Shown: positions 1 to 12,632 of the stretch, piece by piece
Position numbering within the stretch: position 1 is the stretch's first letter
Layout of the letters: every line of letters begins with the position of its first letter
Assembly: GCA_051294375.1 (NCBI GenBank)
Contig: CM119268.1
Coordinates: forward strand, 7,026,861-7,090,860
Source of the DNA: Paraspadella gotoi
Lineage: Eukaryota; Animalia; Chaetognatha
Direction of reading: 5' to 3'
Length of the DNA: 64,000 nt
The notes under the pieces: model-generated
The model's database searches: none
What the model saw: the letters and a program-made list of their open reading frames with translations, nothing else
Told to the model about the DNA's origin: nothing
Made by a program: the position numbers and the translations under genes

Positions 1-3000
1 AAATTGAAAAATTGAAGAGATAAGTAAATAGAAAAATGAGTAGAAGATAAATTGTAGTGAAAAACGTTAGTTTTGGGTCAAATAACACTTTCGTTAACGA
101 ACTCATAGAGAAGCGCGGCGAGATTGTTCGTGGACGCACGTCTTCTGAAAAAATGCGCAGGCGCGAGACAGCGACGCCTCTCTGGAGAGAGCGTGAGTAC
201 AATGACGTCTCCCTCGGGGATGTGAGAAAGGCGGCGCATTTCTACTGGGCGTTGGCATCGCGTTTCGCAGCGAGTTCGTAGCGAGTTTCCATCGCGTTTG
301 CATCACGAGCTTAGGCTCGTGTTTGCATCTCGTTTCCAGGGCAACGATTGACGGAATGGAAGTCGCGAAATCTCCATGGAATTTGGCGAGATATCGTCTC
401 CCGTGAGAGAGGGTCGACGAACATGGGAGAGGTTCAACTTTCGCGAGGCGTGAAGGTCATTTCCGAAGGTCAGATGAAGGTCATTCGTCGAGGTCACGGA
501 TGGCGAAGAACATTAGGAAAGGTCAAGGAAAAAAATAATGGTGAGTGGAAAAAAGTTTTGTGACTTTGTGATTTCAGCTGAACGGAAAGGTCAAGTCGAT
601 GTCTCGGTCGAAGACATTACATGCCATTTAATGACCAAGTGAAATCATAGTGGAACTACTAGTTGCAGATCGACGGAGGGTTGTTGAACAATGGTCGATC
701 GGAAGTCACCCGGAGTTTTCACTGCTGTTGTTATGAGATTCGAAATTAGAATGAGATCCAAATATGAATCGAAAGAAAGGAAAAATAAAAAGAACCAACA
801 TCTACCAAGTAACAAAGTTGCTCCTCCGTTTCTCGGTGATCGAAAAAGAATCCATTAGTGAGCGCCAATTATTTTCGAGGTTCATTTCGAAAACGTCATC
901 GGAAATCTCGATTTGTCCAAGAGTGTGAAAAGTCGTCCCCAGACAGAGAGCAGAGACGAGAGAAGAAGAGAGAGAGCAGAGAGAGGACGAGGAGAGAGAA
1001 GAGAGAGGAGGGAGAAGGAGCAGAGCAGACAGAGAGAGGAAGGAGGAGAAGAGAGAGGAGAGAGAAATGGAGTTGATTTAAAATCAGATAACCGAGAACG
1101 GAGGAAGAATCGTGGCGGGCTAGCGCGAAGGAGAAGCAGAGGAGGGGGGAGATCGGGAGAAAAGGAAAAATGGAATTCTGCTCGACGTGGCGTCGTATGT
1201 AGTTGTGGTTAGTGCGTTTCTTTTCAATGGTAGAGAGCGAACTTTTGAACAAACTCAACCTAATCACTATCAAAATTTCTCGAGACTGAATAAAGAGAAA
1301 AAGCTACGAAAAAAAAAAAAAAAAAATCTTCTTTTCTCCATTATAACACCCGAGAAGAAAAGAATCGAGTGCTGGGGGTCGGCGGGGAGAGCGGCGGCGA
1401 GCGATCCGTCTTGCACCCTAGCGGCGCGGGCGGTCGTGAGCTGCGGCGGGAGCGGCCAGAGCAACACAGGAAGTCGACGACCAAGGCGCGGAACCAGATG
1501 GCGCGATCCCATTTCCTCCGCGGTGCGAACCGAATGGGGAAGGAGAAGAGAGAGAAAAACCGGCGACTGGAGAGGACTGGTGATGCGCAAGAAGACATTT
1601 GTAGGTCTGGTGGTCGACGCGGGGTGAACGGTGAAAATCTGCGGACAGAAGAACGTGATGAACTCGCAACAACTCATGGGGGGGAGAAGGTGACTGACGT
1701 GAAGCGGGGAGAATCAATAGATAAGATTCGCGCGACGATACGTGGAGTGATGCTGGTGGGTGCAAGTGAAGAGTGCCCTCGTGCGATTGGAGCAGAATAA
1801 TGCGGAGCCGTAAAGCGAGAGGAAGGGCGATCTGCGTGTGCGACGAAAGGTGCCACACTGCCCAATAGTAAGGCCGTAGTAAATTTTTCTAAATTGGTAA
1901 AGCTTTCAATTGAAAAACTTGCTGAAGAAGGTGAGGAGGAACAACAAACATATAATTATTAATAAACCTTTATGTAATAAAAACACAAGTTTTAAGTAAA
2001 TATCTCAATTGACGCAGTAGGCCCATATTTAATACTAGACTACTAAAAACCAAAAATACAAAATGTTATTAAAATTTCAAAACAGTTTTTATGTAAGATT
2101 TATTGACAGATTTGGATCGTCATGGAAAAAACGTTGATAAAAAAAGAAATAATAACTCTTTTTGAAAAATTCCTTACAATAAAGTCGGATCAAAAATGAG
2201 AAAAAAGCTATATCATTGAAGCTGAAAATTTAATTTTTCTTATATTAAATATAGTTTTTTTAATTTTAACCACTTACATTGAAAGAATTTTAAAATGGAC
2301 TTTATATTTTCTTGGAGAGTGCAGTGTGTGAGCGAGAGAGTCAAAATCTGGCGAGAGTCGAAGAGAGTGTAGAGAGAGAGAGGACCTATTTTTGAAATTA
2401 TTTAGATTTTATAAAGTTAGTACATAATATAATAAATATAGCCTACTGCCGAAAAATTAAAAAAACATAAAGGGATTAATTTCTGTTTACAACATTACAT
2501 ATCAGAAGGTCACTGATGTATGGTGTGTTACAGGTAATGAACTTTTAGAGAGTGGTGTGTGACAGTATGTAACTAATTCACTACAGCCTTACTGCATAGT
2601 CAAAGTGCACAAGCTGGCATTGCCCAGGTGTACCCAGTCAATAGACGTTGTAGCCCGAGCCATGACCCGGTGGCTCATTAACTAAAGTCATCACCTCATG
2701 ACCATCAATTTGTTTGCTATGGGTGGCGAACCTACTGTTCACACACAAACGGACATAGCAAACGCGAATAAAAAAAATGAGATATTTAAAAAGCAGACCG
2801 TCAAAGTTTGCCTAACTTTTGTCAGTTACATTTACGAAACAAACCAAAGATATTCAGACTCAGAATCACACATAAAACGTCATGTGACAGCTTTGAGAAT
2901 TTTTAACAAAATTGTGTCACAAAGATATGACAAGCATATGTTAATTAATCTATAGCTAATGAACTTAATTTAACATTAAAATGTCCTATAACTTTTATCT

Positions 3001-3873
3001 NNNNNNNNNNNNNNNNNNNNNNNNNAAGAGAAGAGATCACTAAAACAGTCCCCGAATTATTGTTTATTATGAAAACCGCGTTTTGATTAAATGACGTTAA
3101 TCAGCAATTAAAATTCTTCAATCTATCGCGTCCAAAGTTGAAACTGCCAAACATTCGCTGCACTGTGATGACGTTAAAAGAAATCAAATCTTCAGATTTA
3201 AAAAATAATTTCATCCATCAAGAAACGTTATTTCTTACTTCACAAGAAAAACCTCGCCGGATGGAAGCTCCGCAAAGAAAAACAAGCGTGAAAAGGCCGT
3301 TAGATTATCTGAAAATCCCGGCCAGTCGTGCATCTCGTTGTCGTTTAAAAAGGAAGCTCATGATGTCGGAAGGCTCCAGAGCATAGGAGGGAGGAATCAT
3401 TTCGTGAATATAGAGTCAAAAATTCCCATTTCCCGGCCAATCGAGATGTAGAGGGCAACCGTTACGAAGAGAGAAATTACAAAGATTGAGAGGAAATTTC
3501 TTTTTATTATTCTTCTTTATTCTCTTCGTGATAGGCCATTTTTAATATTATTTTAATCAAAATTTTAATGAAAATTTATATATCATTAAATCAAGAATTT
3601 TGTTGGGCATTTTTATCCATTTTTTCGGTGCCGCCACGGGCGTGCCATTTTTGACACTTCAAATTATAACTACACTAACTAAAATTTAATCTAGAAATAC
3701 CCAATAGTCCGTCCGTAACTCACACAAACGCGATCTATTCTTTAATGGGCTAGAGAACCCTAGAAAAAAAAAACAGATGACGCGGTCACCGCATCTCCTA
3801 TATAGAATTGACACTAACGTCAATCTATTATTTCTTAATCCTCAAAAGAGGTCAATCTTTAACCTCATTCACG

Positions 3874-4080
3874 CAGCTTAAATGGGCCTCGACATTTGCA
3901 GAGGCAAATGGTCCCAGCTTAAATGGGCCTCGTCCATTTGCAGAGGCAAATGGTCACCAGCTTAATGGGCCTCCGTCATTTGCAGAGGGCAAAATGGTCC
4001 AGCTTAATGGGCCCTCCCGGTCATTTGCAGGAGGCATAAATATGAATAACATCCCAGCTAAAAATGGGCGCTAGCCGTCA
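3874..4080. repeat. Minisatellite of about 42 bp, 4-5 copies
   Basis: CAGCTTAAATGGGCCTCGTCATTTGCAGAGGCAAATGGTC repeated, with an internal CATTTGC/GCAAATG hairpin. Confidence 0.85.
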
Positions 4081-4149
4081 ATAAAAACATTTGTCACGGT
4101 CAAATGCCAAGGAAGCGAAAAACGAATTTACTATTCAAAAAAAAATAAA

Positions 4150-4407
4150 CGAACACATGCGGTAAAAAGTGCAGCAAAAAAAAAAGTTTCGACGCTATGT
4201 GGCGAATTCCATAATTATTATCATGTAATCTCTTTAACGGGTTTACGGTTTTTCACGTCGCCAAGGACGGCAGTTATCGAAGGCCTCAACGCTGAGCAGA
4301 GAGCTTTTCGTCTACAATGGTGCAGACGCAGGTTAATAGAGCTCAACGCGAGACCAGGGGTTTTTTCGTCTACCTCCGCAGAACGGCATACCAACAAGCC
4401 CAAGTAA
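4150..4407 (+). mobile_element. Tc1/mariner-type transposase remnant (HTH-to-catalytic linker region)
   Basis: Frame 4222-4407 reads HVISLTGLRFFTSPRTAVIEGLNAEQRAFRLQWCRRRLIELNARPG, resembling the L...Q/D...RL.WC linker that precedes the first catalytic D. A TIR-like motif AAAATGTCCTATA(C)ACTTTTA occurs at about 4952 and again at about 2978. Confidence 0.45.
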
Positions 4408-5689
4408 GGCAAAGCTCACCCACCCAACAGCTTGCAGGTGACAAGGACCCGTCAATATGCTAGCTTTACAAATCCACCACGCGGATGTGAAGGAGAGTGG
4501 GAAATTAAACACAACCCACTTAGATAACTTATTATCTTAATCTTAATTATCGTTATCAAATATGAACCATATTAGCTCATGAAAAACTCACCACATCAGC
4601 CCACTTAAGGTACAGTAGCAACAAGAAGACGTGGGGACCGAACAAGGCCGATGTCACCGATGTTCGATCTTTTATTACTAACTCCTGTAATAACTGACCG
4701 AAATCTATTAGCCTAATATATTAATAGAGGATTGAGTAATTCACTATACGTTATATTAAATAAGGTAAACAAAAGAAATAAAAACGGGAGAGAAAATACA
4801 AATTCGTTACTCGGGCCAAAATCAGCACGACTGAAGAATTACAAAGCGATCGAAACCAAAAAGGCAATTTGTTTACAATTCGGCGGAAAGGTTATTTGTC
4901 AAACCTAAGCCGGAGATTGTTGTAATAATAACTTTTAATATTCTAGAACAAAAATGTCCTATACACTTTTAATCTCTCAAGGCGTGAACCTCGCTTAGCA
5001 TTTTTTGAAACTCAATCTTACAAATTCAAAAAAACAAAAAAAAAATCGACCGAATTAAAAAAAAAAACGGCCTTCGGGGCCAATTTAAAAAAAAAACGTG
5101 GAAAAAAAAAAAAATGCAATAAATGCAGTAAAAGCGGAGAAGTAAACAGTAGTAAACAAAACTGGGAAATTAAAAGAAGAGTTTTTCTCTCACGCCCTCT
5201 GCCTCTCGCCGCTCAAATGCCCCGCCAGAGGCGCCACCGGGATTACGCCTCCCCCGGGCTTGGCGACGATCAGAACCGAAGATTGCCTCAATCGGCGACG
5301 CCTGAAAAGCGTTTGTGAATTCGGTCGTTAACGTCGTCTTTGAATCGGACCTGTAGATTTAGCAAAGTGTAGTATCGGTATTAGTATTAGTCGAATTATC
5401 TATTCCTCTGCACCCGAAAATTCACCCCCGCCCCCCCAAGTCGCAAATTTCCACTCAATCCCTCAAAAATGAGAAGAGGCGCGAAGATGGGAAATCTCTC
5501 TCTCTCTCAGCGGCGGCGGCCATCTTGTTTTGGGTCTCGCTACGCAAAGACTCAAAAGGATCCGTCTCGTTTAATTGGTTCGATTAAAGGAAAGAATTGA
5601 CTCCGATCTTTTTTCTTTTTTTCGTTCGAAGATCCCATTCACTTCCTGCCTTTTTTTTTCTCGCAGACCAGTATTTTTTCACTGTTCCA

Positions 5690-6372
5690 AAAAGGCAGAA
5701 AAATTCTTCCTTATTTTGCATTTCTAAATTTCTCGCCACAAGATGGCCATTACAATGTCAAAATAAAAGATTCTAATAGTCCGCGAGTTCGATTCCCGTT
5801 AGCAAAAAAGTATTTTTTTCATTAAAAAACAAAAAACCATTGTTTAAAAAATTAATTTGGGGGCGGAAGGCCTGGGCTTTTAAGTGCTGGGGGGGTTATA
5901 TGGGGATTACAAATTCAAAAATTCCAGTTGCCCAGTGACAACATATAGTCACAAATCGCCAATCGTGTCCCTCGTGTCACAATTCGTGTCTAAACCTCGT
6001 GTCACATCGTGTCACATCCAAAAAGGGAAAATTTTTTTTCCTTATAATTTGGGTTCTACATTTCTCCCAACAAGATGGCGCATTACATGTTGAAATAAAA
6101 GATTCTAAGTAGTCCAGGGTTCGATATCCCATTAGGGAACGTGGTTTTTTTTATTATTAAAAAAAAATTACTTTAGAAATCAATATCCGGGAAGCGGCTG
6201 GCATGTTTAAGTGGCGTGGGTTAAATAATGGTGATATAACTAAAAAAATCTTAATGCCCAGTGACACATATCGTCACATCCATGTAACATCTTTCCACAT
6301 CATGTAACATCTCTGTCATAATCATCGTCACAATCGTGTCAACATCGTGTCACATCGTGTCACATCGTGTCA
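5690..6372. repeat. Diverged tandem duplication of about 330 bp (about 5690-6020 and 6020-6372)
   Basis: Shared blocks in the same order: TTTCTC..CAAGATGGC..ATTACA..AAATAAAAGATTCTAA..AGTCC..GTTCGAT..CCC, then the satellite arm motif, then GCCCAGTGACA and ATCGTGTCAC repeats. Confidence 0.7.
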
Positions 6373-6441
6373 CAATTGATATTTTTGTGTTTGTTAATCC
6401 CATATTTTTAACCCCGCCAGCACTAAAAAGCCCCAGCCTTC
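6190..6441. mobile_element. MITE-like foldback: inverted arms of about 60 bp around ATCGTGTCAC 10-mer subrepeats
   Basis: 6379-6441 is the reverse complement of the GAAGGCTGGGGCTTTTAAGTGCGGGGGTTAAATATGGGATTAA motif, which is present in degenerate form at about 6190-6250. The interior contains (ATCGTGTCAC)n. Confidence 0.5.
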
Positions 6442-6464
6442 ACACATTTTACTGAAGACCAAAT

Positions 6465-9318
6465 ATTATGTTAAAAGGGGATTAAGAAACAAAAAAATAA
6501 TTATTTGTGACACGGTGTGGGCGCCACTGGGTGTCACAGATTCCCTTAAGAGAATCTCATTGGTCAGTGGCGCGCCAACACTGGTGTCCAAAGAAAAAAA
6601 ATTGTCTTTGTATCTAAAGAAAAAAATATGGGAAGGCTGGGCTTTTAAGTGCGGGGTTTAAATATGGGGATTAAGAAAACAAAAAAATACTTAATTTGTG
6701 ACAACGGTGTGGGCGCCACTGGGTGTCACACGATCCCTTAGAGAACTCTTGGTCAGTGGGCGCCACACTGTGTCACAAAGAAGAAAAATTGTCTTTGTAT
6801 CTAAAGAAATAAATATGGGGAAAGGCTGGGGGCTTTTTAAGTGCGGGGGTTAAATACTGGGGATTAAGAAACAAAAAAATTTAATTTGTGACATGGCGCG
6901 CGTGTGGGCGCCACGGGTGTCACAGATCCCTAGAGACTCTCTTGTCAGTGGCGCCACACATGTGTCACAAGAAGAAAAATTGTCTTTATCTAAGAAAAAA
7001 CTATGGGGAAGGCTGGGGGCTTTTAAGTGCGGGGGTTAAATATGGGGATTAAGAAAACAAAAAAATATTATTTGTGACACCGGTGTGGGCGCCACTGGGT
7101 GTCACAATCCCTTAGAAGAATCTCTTGTCAGTGGGGCCACACTGTGTCACAAAGAAGAAAAATTGTCTTTGTATCTAAAGAAAAAATATGGGAAGGCTGG
7201 GGCTATATTAAAGTGCGGGGGTTAAATATGGGGATTAAAAGAAACAAAAAAAATATTATTGTAGCACGGTGTGGGCGGCCACTGGGTGTCACAAGATCCC
7301 TTAGAGAATCTCTTGGTCAGATGGCGCCACACTGTGTCCAAAAAGAAAAATTGTCTTTGTATCTAAAGAAAAAGTATGGGGAAGGCTTGGGGCTTTAGCT
7401 GCGGGGGTTAAATATGGGATTAAGAAACAAACAAAATATTATTTGTGACACGGTGTGGGCGCGCCACTGGGTGTCACAGATCCCTTAAGAATCTCTTGGT
7501 CAGTGGGGCGGCCAACACTGTGTCACAAAGAAGAAAAATGTCTTTGTATACTAAAGAAAAATATGGGGAAGGCTGGGGCTTTTAAGTGCGGGCGGTTAAA
7601 TTATGGGATAAGAAACAAAAAAAATATTATTTGTGACACGGTGTGGGCGCCACTGTGTCACAGATCCCTTAGAAGAAATCTCTTGGTCAGTGGGGCCGCG
7701 ACCACACTGTGTCACCAAAGAAGAAAAAATTGTCTTTGTATCTAAAGAAATATGGGGAAGGCTGGGGCTTTTAAGTGCGGGGGTTAAATAATGGGGATTA
7801 AGAGAAACAAAAAAATTATTATTTGTTGACACGGTGTGGGCGCCACTGGGTGTCACAGATCCTTAGAGAATCTCTTGGTCAGTGGGCGCCACACTGTGTC
7901 AGCAAATGAAGAAAAATTGTCTTTGTATCTAAAGAAAAATAATGGGGAAGGCTGGGGCTTTCTTAAGTGCGGGGGTTAAATATGGGATTAAGAAAACAAA
8001 AAATATTATCTTGTGACACGGTGTGGGCGCCACTGGGTGTCACAGATCACCCTTAGAGAATCTCTTGGTCAGTGGGCGCCACACTAGTGTCACAAAGAAG
8101 AAAAGAATTGTCTTGTATCTAAAGAAAAATATGGGAAGGCTAGGGGCTTTTAAGTGCAGGGGGTTAATAGGAGATTACAGAAACAAAAAAAATATTATTT
8201 GTGACACGGTGTGGGCGTCCCACTGGGTGTCAGCAGATCCCTAGAGAAATCTCTTTGTCAGTGGGGCGCCACCACTGTGTCACAAAGAAGAAAAAATTGT
8301 CATATGTATCTAAAGAAAAATATGCGGGAAAGGCTGGGGCTTTTAAGTGCGGGGGTTAAATATGGGGATTAAGAAACAAAAAATAATTATTTGTGACACG
8401 GTGTGGGCGCCACTGGGCTGTCACAGATCCCTTAGAGAATCTCCATTGGTCAGTGGGGCGCGCACACTGTGTCACAAAGAAAGAAAAGTCTTTGTATCTA
8501 AAGAAACTAAAGGGGAAGGCTGGGGCTTTTAAGTGGCGGGGGTTAAATATGGGATTAACGAAACAAAAAAAATATATCTTGTGACAACGGTGTGGCGCCA
8601 CCTGGGTGTCACAGATCCCTTAGAAGAATCTCTTGTCAGTGGGCGCCACATCTCGTGTCACACAAGAAGAAAAATTGCTTTGTATCTAAAAGAAAAATAG
8701 GGGAAGCAGGGCCTTTTAAGTGGGGAGTTAAATATGGGGGTATTAAGAAAGCAAAAATAATATTTGTGACCAAACCGGTGTGGGCCCACTTGGGTTCAGC
8801 AGATCCGCTTAGAGAATCTCATTGGTCAGTGGGCGCCCAACTGTTCACAAAGAAGAAAAATTGTCTTTGTAATCTAAAGAAAAATATGGGGAAGGCTGGG
8901 GCTTTTAAAGTGCGGGGGGTTAAATATGGGGAAATTAAGAAAACAAAAAAATATTAATTTCTGACACGGTTTTGGGGGGGGTGGCGCACACTGGGTGTCA
9001 CAGATCCCTTAGAGAATCTCTTGGGTCATGGCGCCACGACTGTTCACAAAGAAGAAAAATTGTCTTGTATCTAAAGAAAAAATATGGGAAAGGCTGGGCG
9101 CTTTTAAAGTGGCGGGGGTTAAATATGGGATTAAGAACAAAAAATATTATTTGTGACACGGCTGTGGACGCGCCACCTGGTGTCACAGATCCCTTAGAGC
9201 ATCTCTTGGTCAGTGGGCGCCCCACTGATGTCACAAAAGAAGAAAATTTGTCTTTGGATATCTAAAGGAAAAATATGGGAAGGCTGGCGCTTATAAGTGC
9301 GGAGGGTAAATAGGGCGA
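6465..9318. repeat. Tandem satellite, period about 189 bp, about 15 copies, running into an N-gap
   Basis: The unit GGGATTAAGAAACAAAAAAATATTATTTGTGACACGGTGTGGGCGCCACTGGGTGTCACAGATCCCTTAGAGAATCTCTTGGTCAGTGGGCGCCACACTGTGTCACAAAGAAGAAAAATTG...GAAGGCTGGGGCTTTTAAGTGCGGGGGTTAAATAT recurs at about 6478, 6668, 6860, 7045, 7231 and on to about 9127. Confidence 0.97.
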
Positions 9319-9435
9319 NNNNNNNNNNNNNNNNNNNNNNNNNAAGCGCGCGAAAATAAGGAAGAAAATAAATTGTTGTGTTTTCATCTCTTTTTTTTAT
9401 CTTCTTTTCAATCTTTTTGACACAAACTTCTCTCT

Positions 9436-9507
<72 letters not shown>

Positions 9508-12500
9508 CTCTCTCTCTCTTCCTTTTATTTGCGGCGGTGTCGTTCTTTTAAAAAGGCGCGAACGTGACGACTGTTGCATGCAACTGCACGGGTTTTCAGA
9601 GAGATGAGAGAGAGAGGAGAGAGGAGCGAGAGAGCTGAGGAGGAAGAGATCGAGAGGAGAGAGAGAGAGAGGGAGAGGAGACGGCCACTCTGGAGAAAGA
9701 AATGTAATGTGATTCAAAGTTGAGAACTTGCAGAAGACAACGACATGACTCTGGCCTAACTGAAAACAAAGGCAGCCCTAAGAAGTGTTTTTACAGAGAT
9801 TATTTATATCACCTCCTTTTCTCTGACTGATCCCGTCCTCTTTTTCCGACGGTGGCGGGTTGCAAGGTTGCAAGGAGTCAGAAAGACCTTCACCACCTGC
9901 GGGGGAAAAACCAGAAGCCAAGTCGAACGAGTCGGGAAGGGTCAGGTCGGAGAGAGGTGAAGTTTTCCGGAATTATTTTAAAGTTGGAATTTTGGATTTG
10001 TTAGGCATAACAAACATTTAAGAGGTTTTTTTATATCTTTATAATATATTTATCTATATATTGCGGCGACAGCAACAACAACAACGACAACAACCGCGAC
10101 AAGGAAACTGACATTTAACCAAGGAAATATCTCTCTTTTGATCTATCCAAACCAAATCTGATCTATATACTTAAATTAACATAAGTGAATCCTCATCAGG
10201 TTTTGGGATCATGGAGCTATATATATTATATATTATATAAATCACCACTAAATCGGGAACCAAAGATTGAATCAATTCTCGCAAGTGCATGGATTCCATA
10301 GTTTGTCAGTTCTAAGATTAGCCAAAATCACAACGTTGTATTAATTGAACAAGAAATTCACGGTGCCTCCAAGAACACATATAACTTTTTACCATAACAA
10401 CGCTGAATAAAAGGAACTAAGGTCGGTTTGAATCCTTTGACCTTCATGGGTCGAGAACAACAACAGACCTACTAAAGCCCCCCCCTTCTCCTTCCTTGTC
10501 CGCCCCCCTTACGTCTCTTACTCTCCTTCTCCGATTCCTAACTTACCAAAGGTGAGTCGAGGTTAAGCTTTAAAGCATCGGCGAATTCGCCCCTCGACGG
10601 TGATTCGGAGGTGAATCGTCGGTGATTGGTCGGTGATTCGTCAGTGAATTATCGCCGATTGGTTGGCGATTTGATAGATAGTTAATATTAAGAAACATCA
10701 ATGAATGAAGGTAAGTTTGAAGTAGTTTTATGCCATAAAATTATGGCGAAAAACTAAACATAAACATGTAAACAATCTTTCAGTTTCTTATTTTCCAATC
10801 TCATTTTCGACAACAAAGAGTCAAATAGAGAGGTTCAGTTTCTCGGGTTTTACTATGAATGAAATTATGGAAATGGAAACCGAAAAAAAAGCGAAACATG
10901 GAAAGATGACATGAAAAATGTAAGAGGCGAAAAATGTAAAATGTAAACGAAAGTTCGACTATTTGGTTAAACTTAAAGAAACGGGTGAAGATTGAAACTT
11001 CGTCTTCTTTTTTGCGGTCGTCGTCGTCGTCGTCATCGTCGTCATTGTCATCGTCGTCGTCGTCGTCCTCGTCGTCCTCGTCTTCGTCGTCGTCGTCGTC
11101 CCGACCTCAGTGAAGACTTTGTTTTTCACCGAAGTCAAGAGTCAAAAGACATAAAAGTAACAAACTGGAAAAAAAATTACATAAGAAATATATTATATAA
11201 GAAATATTATGATGAGAGAAGAAAGACGCTACGTAAATAACAGAAAAAGAAAGAAATAAAGAGAAAAAAAATATGAAAAAATCAAAAATTAAAAAAAGGG
11301 GAGAAAAAAGAAAATCCGAAATAGCAAATAAAAGTAAAAATGCAAAAAAAAAAGTATTTCTGAAACGCTCGTTCGCCGTCTCGTCTCGACGTTTCCGACG
11401 CAGAGGAGACATGACGTCTCAAAACCTCAAGGTTAATTGAGGCTCCATCCCAGTCATTTCCATATTTGGGGGGAAAAAAAATATGGAAAAGTTAAAGAAG
11501 AAAAAAAGAAAGAAAAAAAGAAGAAAAAAAAAGAAAGAACAACTTGCAAGTGGTTCGATTCTCGACTCGATTTATTTTAATGAGATTTTGGTGAGAAAAT
11601 AAGAGTTTTTCGTGAGGGTTATTTAATTATTAGTCTGTAGGTAAGCATGAAGAATGAACGTGCAGCGATAAAAATTCGCCCTCTTTTTATTAGGGCCGTG
11701 GATTATTTCGTATAAGTTCCGGCTAAACTTTTTCTTTTCAATCTTCGAACTCGNNNNNNNNNNNNNNNNNNNNNNNNNCTCAAATTTGATAATCTGACGC
11801 GAGCGTAGGAAGCCGCCCTATAGAAAAAGAAGCCAGTGACGTTTTTTCCTTAATTTTTATATGCGATAGATGTGGAATTGACGCCGGAATTGATTGTTAA
11901 ATCTCAAGTTTCGCTTTTAATCGGACCTCACATTGTGGGAGAAATCTTAGGAAACCCATCAAATTCTCCACCCCTTTTTTTCAACAATTCTTCGCCTTTT
12001 AAGTTTTCGGGCGATTGACTTCTCTTACGAAACTATAATTCGCTAGTTAATTTTTTTTTCTTTAAACGGCGAAGGGAATCCATAACTTTCTGTTATGTTT
12101 TATCGATGTCTTTGCGTAAAAATATAGATTGAATGAACCATTAACATTGGGATATTATGAAGAGTAAAATGTCTTGTGAAGCCCGGTGCAGAGTTTATAA
12201 TTAAAAGATTCGCCTATTTGTATTATTGATAAAATTGACATTATAAGTGAAGTAGCATTTTGAACGTCTTCCAGCTCATTTCAGGTAAACATCCCTGTTG
12301 CTCTACATAAAATAATCGTTTACTTTTTGCGCTGGTGGGAAAAGAAAGCATAAATAGTTACGGCTGTGTGGGGCGTGAATAATTATTTTGTAGATTTTTG
12401 TAAGGCATGCTCTTGTAATATCACCCTGTGAAGCAATATTTAAGCCTTGAAAAAAAAATTATATTTTCTTTACTCCAAAAAACTTAAAGTTTTACTGTAT

Positions 12501-12613
12501 TAGTACAATTTAGCCCTTTTTTCTTTCAGAATCACTAAAGAAGAATTCTAATTTTCATTTTATTTTCTATGGCGCGTTTTCATTAGTTAAAATTCATTAT
12601 AATTTTGACTTAG

Positions 12614-12632
12614 TTTTGACACTCACCCTGTA
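12614..12632. mobile_element. Possible right-hand TIR of a Tc1/mariner-type MITE
   Basis: TTTTGACACTCACCCTGTA resembles the common TACAGGGTG-type terminus. A second TCACCCTGT lies at 12421, but no matching left end was found. Confidence 0.3.

Noticed and set aside
5775-5805. tRNA gene
   Set aside because: Only a B-box-like motif is present, with no cloverleaf or acceptor stem.
6465-9318. CRISPR array, retrozyme array or coding repeat
   Set aside because: There are no unique spacers and no cas genes, and the context is eukaryotic. No CUGANGA/GAAA hammerhead core was found on either strand of the unit. The ORFs are short and inconsistent between copies.
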